Of a stretch of DNA of 64,000 bases, positions 1-10,230 are shown piece by piece. Position 1 is the first letter of the stretch. The number at the start of each line of letters is the position of its first letter. Source of the DNA: an uncultured virus (IMG/VR IMGVR_UViG_3300046170_000409) (taxonomy: Duplodnaviria; Heunggongvirae; Uroviricota; Caudoviricetes); the IMG/VR virus record IMGVR_UViG_3300046170_000409, one strand, 5' to 3'. The notes under the pieces are model-generated. The model ran no database searches. It saw nothing but the letters and a program-made list of their open reading frames with translations, and was not told where the DNA came from. The position numbers and the translations under genes were made by a program.

Positions 1-456
1 AACCAACTTTACTGTATGTGTCCACTCTGGTCTAAAAAAAGGTAGTATCTGTTCTATGACTTGTACTGCATCTTCATTATTTGCAAACATTGCATACAAT
101 GTAAATGTAATATCATAAGGAACAGGTGTATTTGCTTTTCTAATAGTATTTTGATTTGAACCTATACCAGTGTTAATACCAAGTTTACTTAATCCTCTAT
201 CTGGTGCATATGCCATATCAGTAATTTCAAAAGCAAGTCTTGGTAATTGTATTGCTACATCTTTATCTAATTGTGGATCGCCACGTAATCTTGCAAGAAA
301 CTTTTCTTTTGGACCATATGCAATAGGAACACGAATTGATTGTACTGCATCTCCTGAATTGTTATATCTAACAACATCTATATCATTAAACATATTACCA
401 AACATGATAACATATTTTCTTATAATTCCATGATGTTGAACTGAACTACCAAACAT
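1..456 (-). CDS. gp15: Tail sheath stabilizer/tail terminator (T4 gp15-like), runs off the window edge
   Basis: Manual translation MFGSSVQHHGIIRKYVIMFGNMFNDI...VPIAYGPKEKFLARL...LPRLAFEIT...PVPYDITFTL...EQILPFFRPE; ATG overlaps the gp14 TAA. Confidence 0.9.
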   Translation of the reverse strand, partial: MFGSSVQHHGIIRKYVIMFGNMFNDIDVVRYNNSGDAVQSIRVPIAYGPKEKFLARLRGDPQLDKDVAIQLPRLAFEITDMAYAPDRGLSKLGINTGIGSNQNTIRKANTPVPYDITFTLYAMFANNEDAVQVIEQILPFFRPEWTHTVKLV

Positions 457-1211
457 TACCAACTACCTCCTTCTGAGAAAGGATTTTTTTCAGTGAAGTC
501 AATGAAGTCTATATTAGTAGATTGTCCAAAGAATTCGTTATTCGCTGATGCATCAGTATCTTCAATTCTATAAGATTCGTTAATCAAATTACTTCCATCT
601 TCAAATACAATACTGTCACTTGCTTCTGTAAGTATTTCAACAAAGTTTTTATCACCAGAATACCTATCTTCAATTGCATCAATGTCTGTAATACCAGTAT
701 CGATTTTCTCATGACTGTATTCAAACAATTCAAGTGTAAGGTCGAAAGTTTGTAAACTTCCCATTTGATAGAAGATTGCTTCATGTTCTACAAATTTAAT
801 TTCAAAGACTTTACCATTGAGTGGGAAATAAATTAAATCTCCTTCTGATGGTCTTGCAATTCCTTCAGTTTCGTTGACAGGTGTGGTATCTTCAGGATTT
901 ATTTCTTCCCCAAATCTACGTCTTGCAACAGTGAGTACCATTTCATCACGAATCTCTAATCCAAATTTAGAAAGGAAATCACCATCGCCAGTGAATCCAT
1001 CAACAGATTTGATATACATTTCAACTGGATATGCTCCTTCAAATTTAGAAAGAGTATCTTCGCCAAATAACATATCTTCTTTGACGAGTGTGCGTGGCAT
1101 GTAATAGACTTCAATGCCATAGATCTTAATTGATTCGATTATAAGATCTTCGATTAAATTCTGTTCTTGCGTAAACGCATGATTGTTGAAATATAAATTT
1201 GTTGTTGGCAT
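456..1211 (-). CDS. gp14: Neck protein (T4 gp14-like)
   Basis: EQNLIEDLIIESIKIYG, DFLSKFGLEIRDE, RPSEGDLIYFP, FYQMG motifs; lies between gp13 and gp15. Confidence 0.93.
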   Translation of the reverse strand: MPTTNLYFNNHAFTQEQNLIEDLIIESIKIYGIEVYYMPRTLVKEDMLFGEDTLSKFEGAYPVEMYIKSVDGFTGDGDFLSKFGLEIRDEMVLTVARRRFGEEINPEDTTPVNETEGIARPSEGDLIYFPLNGKVFEIKFVEHEAIFYQMGSLQTFDLTLELFEYSHEKIDTGITDIDAIEDRYSGDKNFVEILTEASDSIVFEDGSNLINESYRIEDTDASANNEFFGQSTNIDFIDFTEKNPFSEGGSW

Positions 1212-1215
1212 TTAA

Positions 1216-1960
1216 TTACCCAATCATGTCCATTGATGGCATAGAATATCTATTTACAACTTCTTCTTCTAGTGCTTTAATTTCTTCATCTGCTTCATTC
1301 CAGATAGTTTGTCCATTAAATTGCACTCCACCTGGAAGTTGCATGCCCTCAAATTTTTTAAGATTTTCGCCCCATTGTTTTTTGAACAAAGCAGTAGTAT
1401 ATCTACGCAACCACCAATCACCCCAAACACTAGTGTATGTGTCAGGATCTAATTGACGATATGCCTCAATGATTAAATATTCACCAACTGAAGTTCTGTT
1501 GCCCCAGTCCATGTCAATGAAAAGTCTGTCCATATGACGATTAAATCTTAATGGTTGTTTTCCAACAAATAATTCTTCTAACAATGCAATACGTTCCATG
1601 GAACTTACATAGTTTTGTACTTTAGCATGAGACCAATCATATACATCATTAAGTGTAATTTGATATCTTAAATTAAATAAATTATTTGCATTAAGACCAG
1701 TGCCAACAGGGAAACACATTTACAACACCAATAATGTTTGATGGAATTGCAACATATCCATTTGTTTGGTCTGTTGAAGTTACTTGATGTTTATAGAAAG
1801 TTCTTTCTGAACCATCATAGTGATAATCTCTATAAAAAGCAAGAGCATCATCAATACGATCTTGCATTTGGTCTTCATCGACGTTTATCTCTATAACAGG
1901 ATGTCCCAGTCTACGCAAACAATATTTCTTTAATTCATCTCTACTTGTAGGGTTTGCCAT
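1216..1960 (-). CDS. gp13: Neck protein (T4 gp13-like), split by a +1 frameshift near 1709-1711
   Basis: ORFs 1691-1960 (YCLRRLGHPVIEINVD) and 1216-1719 (KKQWGENLKKFEGMQLPGGVQFNG) join if one G of GGG 1709-1711 is removed. Confidence 0.9.
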
Positions 1961-1990
1961 ATCTTATATCCTATATTAGTCGTTCTGTGA

Positions 1991-3157
1991 CTATTTATAA
2001 TCATGCATAATTTGTTTTAGAGTCTTCATTGATGCATCAACTATATTTAATGGCATATTATTAGGAAATAAAAATCTAACAGCAGGATCGCCAAACACAC
2101 TTCGTGAACAAATATATCCCTGTTCATACATTTTTCGAGAAACTTCCCCAGATTCTTTGTTGGAATTTAATTTTAGCGAAAAGTAACATCCCACAGTAGT
2201 CGACTCTGGAAAGGTTTGTTTGATTGTATCTTCTATATTATAAACATGGTTCAATATGTTTTTATTATTAATTATTTCTATTGTTTTAATCGCAGCAAAC
2301 ACCCCACTCATATGAGGAGAATGGGTGAACCCCATGTTCATATATGACCCAGAAACTTTATCATATACTTTTTCATTTATAAGAGTTGCAGATAACATTG
2401 AGTATCCTGCAGTTAATGATTTTCCAGAAACAATTATGTCAGGTTTCATTCCGATTCTTTGATAACCAAACCATTCTCCAGTTCTGCCAATCCCAGTTGC
2501 AACTTCATCGACAATAAAAAGTATATCGTTATCATCACAAATTTTACGAACTTTATCATAATATTCTTTAGAGGCAATAACAGAATTTGTTTGAATTGAG
2601 AATGGTTCTTTAATTATACAAGAAACGTTCTCTGCACCAACACTTTCGATTGCATCTAGGAGTGGTTGAATATCGTTATCTATTGGTTGAGGTATTTGTA
2701 TTGAATGTTCATATTTTGGAACATTTTTATTAAACATCTTTGCTCCAGTTAATGAAGCACAAAGTTCTGTAGACCCATGCCAAGATCCATCAAAGGAAAT
2801 GATATATTTTCTTTTATTGTATATTCTTGAAATTCTAATTGAGTTTTCAACTGCATCTGAACCAGATCCTGCATAATGTACACCAACGAATTCATTATTA
2901 GTTATACGAGATAATGTATTATTTAACTGCTCAACATACACATTAGTATAATTAAATTTTACAGCAGGATATTTTTTTATTTTATCACAAACAAAATCTG
3001 CAATGTTATCTTGCTTGAATCCAAGACAAAACTCCCAACGATTACTCACACAGTCAATATATTCCTTGCCATCTATGATAAACCCGAAGTCAGTATAACT
3101 ATCAATAATATAACTATCCGATTTTTTAGGAATCGAATAGGGAACAATCTCTTTCAA
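1991..3157 (-). CDS. Class III PLP-dependent aminotransferase
   Basis: SGSDAVENS, SWHGST, LFIVDEVATGIGRTG, PDIIVSGKSLTAGY (PLP lysine). Confidence 0.9.
   Translation of the reverse strand: MKEIVPYSIPKKSDSYIIDSYTDFGFIIDGKEYIDCVSNRWEFCLGFKQDNIADFVCDKIKKYPAVKFNYTNVYVEQLNNTLSRITNNEFVGVHYAGSGSDAVENSIRISRIYNKRKYIISFDGSWHGSTELCASLTGAKMFNKNVPKYEHSIQIPQPIDNDIQPLLDAIESVGAENVSCIIKEPFSIQTNSVIASKEYYDKVRKICDDNDILFIVDEVATGIGRTGEWFGYQRIGMKPDIIVSGKSLTAGYSMLSATLINEKVYDKVSGSYMNMGFTHSPHMSGVFAAIKTIEIINNKNILNHVYNIEDTIKQTFPESTTVGCYFSLKLNSNKESGEVSRKMYEQGYICSRSVFGDPAVRFLFPNNMPLNIVDASMKTLKQIMHDYK
1992..1999 (-). promoter_or_regulatory. T4-type late promoter TATAAATA upstream of gp13
   Basis: Exact TATAAATA on the minus strand about 30 nt before the gp13 ATG. 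Confidence 0.7.
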
Positions 3158-3159
3158 AT

Positions 3160-3954
3160 TTACTTTCCTCCAAGCAATTTAATAATATAATATGAAGTGT
3201 CTATTTGCCACCATTTTTTACCCATGTTTGGATTAGAAGGAGATTTATGGTGATTGTCGTGCCATCCCTCTCCTGCTGATAAAAATAATGCCAAAAAGAA
3301 ATTATTGAATGCATAATTTTTAGAATTATTATCGGATCTAAAAGAATATTTTAATTTTGTATGACCAAGCATGTTAACCAGTGAGACATTAAAGGTATTG
3401 AATATAATCGGTGCAATATGATATATTACAAAAAAATCAAACCCAAATAAAAATAGTAATGACAATGAGAAAATTATTTTTATATAATGTCCATAGTTGT
3501 GCAAAAATACATGATAATTATCTATGTTTCGAAGACACTTTATTTCTGCTTTATGATGAATACTATCATTACTTGAAGTTAATGCCATATGTTTAAAAAT
3601 ATCATGCCCTACAAATTTTGGTGAATGGGGATCTCCTTCTTTATCGGCAAATCTATGATGTGCAAAATGAATATATCTCCAAGTAAATGGAGAACCAGAA
3701 TTATGCAAACAACATAATGTTGTGCCAATGTAATTGATAAATCTATTAACTTTGAAAGAAGAATGTGATATTAATCGATGATAGAATATACTTGAAGCAT
3801 GAGTTAAAATATATGCAACAAGAAATGAAATTATCAACATTTCTGGAGAAATGAAGAAATATGACAATGTACATAATATGCCTAAATAAAAGTAAGAGAC
3901 TTGAATAAAGTGTGCCACATTTAAAGGCATTTTATATGGATTAAATAATATCAT
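3160..3954 (-). CDS. Membrane fatty-acid (delta-9-type) desaturase
   Basis: His boxes HRLISH, HFAHH, HDNHH; DPHSP; GEGWH; hydrophobic segments. Confidence 0.9.
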   Translation of the reverse strand: MILFNPYKMPLNVAHFIQVSYFYLGILCTLSYFFISPEMLIISFLVAYILTHASSIFYHRLISHSSFKVNRFINYIGTTLCCLHNSGSPFTWRYIHFAHHRFADKEGDPHSPKFVGHDIFKHMALTSSNDSIHHKAEIKCLRNIDNYHVFLHNYGHYIKIIFSLSLLFLFGFDFFVIYHIAPIIFNTFNVSLVNMLGHTKLKYSFRSDNNSKNYAFNNFFLALFLSAGEGWHDNHHKSPSNPNMGKKWWQIDTSYYIIKLLGGK

Positions 3955-4576
3955 GATACATAATTTCCCTAAGATTCATAAAACTATTTATAAAGAAACC
4001 TATAAGGGACACACAATAGAATATTTACTTGTAAATTACTTTTCTGAAGAACTACAAGAAATACACACAATTGCTTCACAAGATAAGAATAAAAGGAATT
4101 CTATACGAGATGCATTTCATCCTAGAAAATGGGAAATCTTAAAAAAAAGAACTGCTCTTGCTTTCATGGGAATAAGAGACAAACAATTAGTTGGAATGGC
4201 AAATATAGAATATGCAGATGAAAATCTTCCATCAAACCTTGCTAGAATTTTAGCAAGAAATTATACTATACATAATGAAGTAAATGAGATGACATGGAAA
4301 AATTTTCCTCGAAAGTATTGGGACATTCCTACAGATGCATTATATGAAATACCTCAGTATATGCAAATGTATGGATTTGATGAAGTTTTTTTCACTAGAC
4401 ATTATGACCCAGAATATCCAAAAAAACATTCTATATCATATGTGCAAAGATATGGACAATTAAAAACAAAGTTTAAAAGAATTGATAAAGTTAAAATTTA
4501 TCATAGCGTTCCGCAGTATATATATTATGCAGGTAAAAATCCAGAAATATTTGAGGTGTTAGAAGATTATGAATAA
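3953..4576 (+). CDS. Hypothetical protein (possibly GNAT-like)
   Basis: 207-aa ORF that starts the plus-strand run; no firm motif. Confidence 0.55.
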   Translation: MIHNFPKIHKTIYKETYKGHTIEYLLVNYFSEELQEIHTIASQDKNKRNSIRDAFHPRKWEILKKRTALAFMGIRDKQLVGMANIEYADENLPSNLARILARNYTIHNEVNEMTWKNFPRKYWDIPTDALYEIPQYMQMYGFDEVFFTRHYDPEYPKKHSISYVQRYGQLKTKFKRIDKVKIYHSVPQYIYYAGKNPEIFEVLEDYE

Positions 4577-5186
4577 TATTGATGCTAAATTTATGAATGC
4601 AATTGCAACAACTATAATGCATTGCAAAAATACAGAAGAGTCTTTTTCTTTTGCAAATTCATTCAGAGAAAAACAAATAAAATCTAAAGAGTGGTTGATT
4701 AACAAATTAATTTGGAAGTGTGATGACTTACCAAAATCTATTTGTATATTGGGATCTTGGTATTCCTCTTTACTACCATATATGTTATTGACCACATTTT
4801 ATCAAATACAAAAAATAGATTGTGTGGACTCAGATCCTGATGTGCAACGTCTTGCAAAAGTCTTTAATAAATTAATGGATTATGATAATAAAGTTTTTCT
4901 ACATGAAAAAGATGCAAAAGATTTTATCACTGTAAATGGAACAGAGGATTATGACCTCGTGATAAACACTTCTTGTGAGCATATGCCATTTGATATGAAA
5001 GATATTGTAGAGAAAGGAGTTACTTATGCTTTTGAATCAAACAACTATCACGGAATTGATGGGCACATTAATTGTAAAGAATCTTTATCAGAGTTTGAGA
5101 AATCAACTGGACTAAAAGAGATTATTGTTAGTGATGAACTTGATATGGAAGATTACACAAGGTTTTTAGTCATAGGAAAATGCTAA
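4569..5186 (+). CDS. Class I SAM-dependent methyltransferase-like protein
   Basis: ICILGSWYS, IDCVDSDP, YDLVINTSCEHM. Confidence 0.7.
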   Translation: MNNIDAKFMNAIATTIMHCKNTEESFSFANSFREKQIKSKEWLINKLIWKCDDLPKSICILGSWYSSLLPYMLLTTFYQIQKIDCVDSDPDVQRLAKVFNKLMDYDNKVFLHEKDAKDFITVNGTEDYDLVINTSCEHMPFDMKDIVEKGVTYAFESNNYHGIDGHINCKESLSEFEKSTGLKEIIVSDELDMEDYTRFLVIGKC

Positions 5187-5875
5187 ATGTCATATGTGTT
5201 AAGTGGGGAGATCGTTACTCTGCACAATTTGTCAATCGACTTCGCTATATGGTTTCAAAAAACCTCAGTGTTCCTCATAAGTTTATTTGTGTCACTGATA
5301 ACCAATCAGACATAGAATCTGGTATAGAAATAATATCAATACCAAAAGAACCAAAATTAGAAGTTTGGTGGAATAAACTTTTTCTTTTTAAAAAAGGATT
5401 TTTGCCAGAGGGAAAATATTTGTTCTTTGATTTAGATGTGATTATACAAAACAATATTGATGATATTGCTAATTATGATTCATCACAAATATGTCTTGTA
5501 TCAAGAGCATGGCATTCTAAAACGTTATTAAAAAATAATTCTTCTTGTATGTTATGGCACACTGGAATGTGTGATTATATATGGGATTATTTTATTGCAG
5601 AAATGGATCTAACACTTACAATGTATACAGGGATTGATAACTTTATGCGTGGTGAAAAATTATCTTTCAATACGTTTCCAGAAGATTGGTTTTATTCTTA
5701 TGCATATGGTGATAAGAATAATTCAGGATATGATAAAAAAGAGTTTGTTGGAGAATATATGCCACAATACAAAGTGTGTTTAATGAATGCTATTTACAAA
5801 CATTTAGAACTTGGTCATAAAAATAATCCTTATAAAAGAAAAGAGTACATACAATACATGGGTAATTATGTTTGA
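5180..5875 (+). CDS. GT-A glycosyltransferase-like protein
   Basis: VICVKWGDRY, WWNKLFLF, FFDLDVII (DxD), NSSCMLW. Confidence 0.8.
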   Translation: MLNVICVKWGDRYSAQFVNRLRYMVSKNLSVPHKFICVTDNQSDIESGIEIISIPKEPKLEVWWNKLFLFKKGFLPEGKYLFFDLDVIIQNNIDDIANYDSSQICLVSRAWHSKTLLKNNSSCMLWHTGMCDYIWDYFIAEMDLTLTMYTGIDNFMRGEKLSFNTFPEDWFYSYAYGDKNNSGYDKKEFVGEYMPQYKVCLMNAIYKHLELGHKNNPYKRKEYIQYMGNYV

Positions 5876-6656
5876 AATAATATGGGAAGGAACATATGGA
5901 TATGGTGATATTCTTGGTGCATACTGTCATGCATCTAGAATAAGTGCTGAACGTAAAGAACAAGTACAACTAAAATTTATTTGGTATGAAGATAGACAAT
6001 GGACTCCCAAAGAAAATAAATTCAATGAAAAAGATCCAGAAACAGTTTTAGAAAGATTAAATGCAATAAGAAATCATGTCGACATGAGTGATGTGATTAT
6101 AAAACATGAGAATGTGGATGCATATAAAGGAACAGAACCATATCAAAAAGATCGACCAAGATACAGTAATAGAACAAGAATATATGATTGGAAATATACT
6201 GTGTGGGATATGGCAAAGGAACCAGAGGATTTAGGACATATTGCAGTTTGGCATCCAAAAACAAATATAGAACGATTCAACAGACATCCATTACGACATT
6301 GGAAAGAACCAATTTCTGATAAAGACTTAGATGAGTATTATGATTATGTGTCAAAAGAGACTGGTAAAAAAATAGAACTAGTGCATTACAGAATGCCAGT
6401 GGATGAAGTTTTTAATATTATAAGAACATCTTCTTTTTGTATTGGGCATGATGGTATTGGCAATGTAATATCTAAAAATTATTTTAAACCAATTATTGTA
6501 TTTTCAAAACAAACACTTTCAAAGACTACATCTGGTCCATGGATATACCATTCACGTAAGATAACTGAAAGACATAGACATGTGAGAGATATAATTTTTA
6601 AACAAAAGTATTTGATTGACGAATGTAAAAAGAATTTACAAAAGATACAACCATGA
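5868..6656 (+). CDS. Putative GT-B glycosyltransferase-like protein, paralog A
   Basis: GYGDILG, AVWHPK, CIGHDGIG..PIIVFS; ATG at 5868 preferred over the TTG at 5811. Confidence 0.55.
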   Translation: MFEIIWEGTYGYGDILGAYCHASRISAERKEQVQLKFIWYEDRQWTPKENKFNEKDPETVLERLNAIRNHVDMSDVIIKHENVDAYKGTEPYQKDRPRYSNRTRIYDWKYTVWDMAKEPEDLGHIAVWHPKTNIERFNRHPLRHWKEPISDKDLDEYYDYVSKETGKKIELVHYRMPVDEVFNIIRTSSFCIGHDGIGNVISKNYFKPIIVFSKQTLSKTTSGPWIYHSRKITERHRHVRDIIFKQKYLIDECKKNLQKIQP

Positions 6657-7420
6657 TAAATTTACAAGACACACCAAAAAATGTTATTGTAAAATGTATA
6701 TGTGGTTATGGAGATATACTCAACACATTTTCCTTCATGAATAGAATTTGTTCATTATATGGAGAAAGAAACTTAATTATAGAAATTACTTCTAAAAGAA
6801 AAAGTCTATATGAACCTCCAGTAAAAATTATGTTAGAAGAATATAAAACAAAAGGATTTAATACTAAGATACAAATACTACCAGATTTAGAATATTCTAG
6901 AACAAGGGATATAGATTATTTCAGAACTGTGAGTGGATTTGACCGAAGAAATATATACGAGTATAGTGATGCACATGAAATATATGGATATCCATACGAA
7001 AACTTATTTCCAAAAAGAGCATCAAAGTCAGAAGATTATATCGCAGTGTGGCATCCCAAACATAATTTAACAGATCCTCAAGAGTGGAAAAATCCTATTG
7101 GATATAAGGGAATTATTAATTATGTTGAATCTCTTAATCAAGAAATAAAATATGTTGACTATACAATGGATTTGAGGTATATTATAGATACAATTGCAAA
7201 TGCAAAACTTTGTATTGGATATGAAGGAATGGGACAATTAATATCTCAATCTTTTATGAAACCAATTATAACATTCAGCACACGAGATTATATTTCACTT
7301 TATAATTCTGGTCCATGGGGATTAGTCGTTGATAAAATTTATGACCATATGTTTGATGTTGATAATATTATAGGAACACAAAATGAAAAAATTGACAAAT
7401 ATAGATCGTGCAGTAATTGA
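6653..7420 (+). CDS. Putative GT-B glycosyltransferase-like protein, paralog B
   Basis: GYGDILN, AVWHPK, CIGYEGMG..PIITFS, SGPW shared with the preceding gene. Confidence 0.55.
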   Translation: MINLQDTPKNVIVKCICGYGDILNTFSFMNRICSLYGERNLIIEITSKRKSLYEPPVKIMLEEYKTKGFNTKIQILPDLEYSRTRDIDYFRTVSGFDRRNIYEYSDAHEIYGYPYENLFPKRASKSEDYIAVWHPKHNLTDPQEWKNPIGYKGIINYVESLNQEIKYVDYTMDLRYIIDTIANAKLCIGYEGMGQLISQSFMKPIITFSTRDYISLYNSGPWGLVVDKIYDHMFDVDNIIGTQNEKIDKYRSCSN

Positions 7421-8357
7421 AGTAAATGGTGGGTGTAATTACACCTGTGCCATGTGCCCACAAACTACACCTGAAGGAAAGACAGGAGCAAGAGGAAAAA
7501 ATTGGTTAAAGAAAATGCCTCTAGAGCAGTTTGAAAATATTGTTGCTGAGTGTGCAGAGTATGGTGTTCGAATTATCAACTTGGATGGTAGTGGTGAAGC
7601 AACACTGATGAGAAACTTACCAGAATATATTTCAATTGTTAAAAAGTATAATGCGAAACCTTATATATTTTCTAATGGATTTAATATGAGTGGGAACTAT
7701 ATGAAGGAATGTGTTGATGCAGGACTTGCTTATTTTAGATTTTCTATCATTGGATATAATAAACAACAATATGAAAAATGGATGAATCGTAATGCTTTTG
7801 AAATTGTGCTTGGTCATGCACAAGAAATGGTTAATTATTGCAAAGATAAAGATACAACAATTGCTTCTTATCATCTCATATTAGATAATGACAATATGGA
7901 TTATGAGGTTGAACAATATCGTAAAAACTTTATTGAGGTTGCAGGAACAAGTGCAGAGATTTGGAAGATGCATAATTGGTCTGGAGTTTATGACCCAAAA
8001 TATGGAAGAGATGGAGAAACTAAAACTTGTGGTCGCCCATTTTCACCAGACATCGTTGTTCGTGCAGGTGGACTAAATGGACAAACAGGAGCAATACATC
8101 CTTGTTGTCAAGTTCTTGGAAATGATGATGCTGCAGTTTTAGGACATACTTCTGAACAAACACTTCAAGAAATTTGGAATGGTGAACCTTATAAGAAACT
8201 TCGTGAGCAACATACATCAGGAGATTATCCAGATTATTGTAAGGGATGTGATTTTCTTATTGACGATCCAGAAGTATTAGTTTGGTCAAATTATGAACGT
8301 TCAATCTATCATATGGTTGGCACTGAGTTTAGTCTCAAGGACTTTCAATATCGTTAA
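7383..8357 (+). CDS. Radical SAM enzyme with SPASM/twitch domain
   Basis: CNYTCAMC (CX3CX2C); C-terminal CGRPF...HPCC...LQEIWNG...CKGC. Confidence 0.92.
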   Translation: MKKLTNIDRAVIEVNGGCNYTCAMCPQTTPEGKTGARGKNWLKKMPLEQFENIVAECAEYGVRIINLDGSGEATLMRNLPEYISIVKKYNAKPYIFSNGFNMSGNYMKECVDAGLAYFRFSIIGYNKQQYEKWMNRNAFEIVLGHAQEMVNYCKDKDTTIASYHLILDNDNMDYEVEQYRKNFIEVAGTSAEIWKMHNWSGVYDPKYGRDGETKTCGRPFSPDIVVRAGGLNGQTGAIHPCCQVLGNDDAAVLGHTSEQTLQEIWNGEPYKKLREQHTSGDYPDYCKGCDFLIDDPEVLVWSNYERSIYHMVGTEFSLKDFQYR

Positions 8358-9018
8358 TCATTGCATTCCACATAGGATGTGAAGGAATCATAAAAGCAAC
8401 AGTTATTCTTTTACTACCACCAGATTCTGCTTTATGCCAAAACACTTTATCTGGTTCAGTATATTTTCCAAAATATCCAACTTTACAAGTCCACTCTGCA
8501 ACTGGATCTTTCATATCTACTATTTCTTTTGTTGCAGGATCTAAGTAAGAAAACGACCCAGTTCCTTTTTCTGAATAAGAAAAGATTACATTATGTCCAC
8601 TAGCATTTTGATTATTATGCCAAGTAATATATCCATCATCAGGATAATAACAACATAATGCATTTCTTTTTGTTACTAGGAGTGTATTAATTTTCCCTGT
8701 AGTTTCATATGAAAAATCTAATAAAGATTTGTGTAATAATTTATGAGTTTCATTTAAGAATTTAATATTACTGGAATCATGATATTGTAGTGATAATCCT
8801 TTTATTGATTCAGGGAATCCTGAATATTTTTGTTTGTTTTCTTCTTTTGATACATGCTCAAGATAGTCTTTTGTTATACCCTTTTCATATGGTTTTCTGT
8901 ATATACCATAATAATGAACATCATTTAATATCTCTTTGAATTTATCTTGTAACAAAAAACTTGAATAATTATTTAAAAGTTTTTTCAATTTAATATTTTT
9001 TATCTCTACATTTTTCAT
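8335..9018 (-). CDS. 2OG-Fe(II) oxygenase/cupin-like protein
   Basis: YPDDGYITWHNN...WHKA...RITVAF pattern. Confidence 0.6.
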   Translation of the reverse strand: MKNVEIKNIKLKKLLNNYSSFLLQDKFKEILNDVHYYGIYRKPYEKGITKDYLEHVSKEENKQKYSGFPESIKGLSLQYHDSSNIKFLNETHKLLHKSLLDFSYETTGKINTLLVTKRNALCCYYPDDGYITWHNNQNASGHNVIFSYSEKGTGSFSYLDPATKEIVDMKDPVAEWTCKVGYFGKYTEPDKVFWHKAESGGSKRITVAFMIPSHPMWNAMINDIESP

Positions 9019-9717
9019 TTATTTAAATTTTAATGTATGATGCAATATAACTATTTCAGTTCCATTTAGTTCTGAGTGTTTAAGATTATGAAAATTCCAT
9101 CTTGCTTGATTGTCATTAAATCCTTTAACCTTTATGTGTGCATTCCATCCCTCAAGATTTAATAATCTCCAAAAACCCCAAGTGTCCCAGTTTACGAGTT
9201 TGTTTTTTGGAAAAAGTTTTTCATCTAAATCCCATGTTTTATTTTGTTTTTGACTTCTTTGTTTTTGCCACATGTCATACCATGCTTGCATAAATTCTAA
9301 TGTTTTTGGTTTATTATCATACAGACAAAGTCCACAATGCCATTTAAATGTTCCTCCAGGAAATTCTACGACAGCATGAGCATATTCTTTTACTTCAGTC
9401 ATAACTAAGTTGTGGTTTTCATCTTGGTGTTTAAAAACATTTTTTATGTCAGAATGACATATTTCGGTATCGGCATCGATGTATAGAGTATTTTTATATG
9501 GAGTTCTTGCCATTGCCCACATCTTTGCTCTTATACTGTTTGGAACATCTTCTGTAATAACATTATCAAAAGAACTGGAATTTTTATCCACCCAATCTTT
9601 ATGGGTGAATAATGTTATATTTGCATTTGGATAATAATCTTTTAAAGATTGTGCACTATAGCATGCAGACTTATAAAACTTATACTCACGTGTTGCTACA
9701 TATAAGTAACCATCCAT
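9019..9717 (-). CDS. GT-A glycosyltransferase (GT8-like)
   Basis: SLKDYYP, TLYIDADTEI (DxD), RWNF, IVILHH. Confidence 0.75.
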   Translation of the reverse strand: MDGYLYVATREYKFYKSACYSAQSLKDYYPNANITLFTHKDWVDKNSSSFDNVITEDVPNSIRAKMWAMARTPYKNTLYIDADTEICHSDIKNVFKHQDENHNLVMTEVKEYAHAVVEFPGGTFKWHCGLCLYDNKPKTLEFMQAWYDMWQKQRSQKQNKTWDLDEKLFPKNKLVNWDTWGFWRLLNLEGWNAHIKVKGFNDNQARWNFHNLKHSELNGTEIVILHHTLKFK

Positions 9718-9741
9718 AATGTACTCTCCAATTTTTATATT

Positions 9742-10227
9742 TTATTCGCTACTAGTCCAAGTTGTATTTGCAGCAGGTAATTCAATTCCTGCTCTCTTGA
9801 ACGCATCAGCAATCATTAAATCTACTGTTGCTATGTGCAAATCAATATCATTTTGAGATTTTCTTATTTCTCTTTTACGATCTACATCTTCAGAATTAGA
9901 AACATGGTCATTTTCAAATAATGTGAGTTTATTATCAAATATATGTTCTTGTAATTGTCTTTCCTTTTCTCTTTGATGTCTCTCATCTCTTTCTGTATTT
10001 ACAGAAGAAATATGTGCTACTCTTTCTGCAGTATTTGCGTCTAGATCTTCAGTTGAAAAAGTGTCCATGACTTCTGCCCAGTCTGGATTATTTCCACCTG
10101 CATTTGTGATTGTTGCTTTTGCGTCTCTAATTGAACCATCGTCATCAGTGTATCTAAACGTTGCAGTAACTGCAGTTTTTGAATCATTATCCCAACGTGG
10201 TTTTAGTATTTCTCTTGTTGTTGCCAT
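9742..10227 (-). CDS. Hypothetical protein (possible fibre assembly chaperone)
   Basis: 161-aa ORF after the fibre-like genes; AGGAG/TAA-linked context. Confidence 0.6.
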   Translation of the reverse strand: MATTREILKPRWDNDSKTAVTATFRYTDDDGSIRDAKATITNAGGNNPDWAEVMDTFSTEDLDANTAERVAHISSVNTERDERHQREKERQLQEHIFDNKLTLFENDHVSNSEDVDRKREIRKSQNDIDLHIATVDLMIADAFKRAGIELPAANTTWTSSE

Positions 10228-10230
10228 AGT

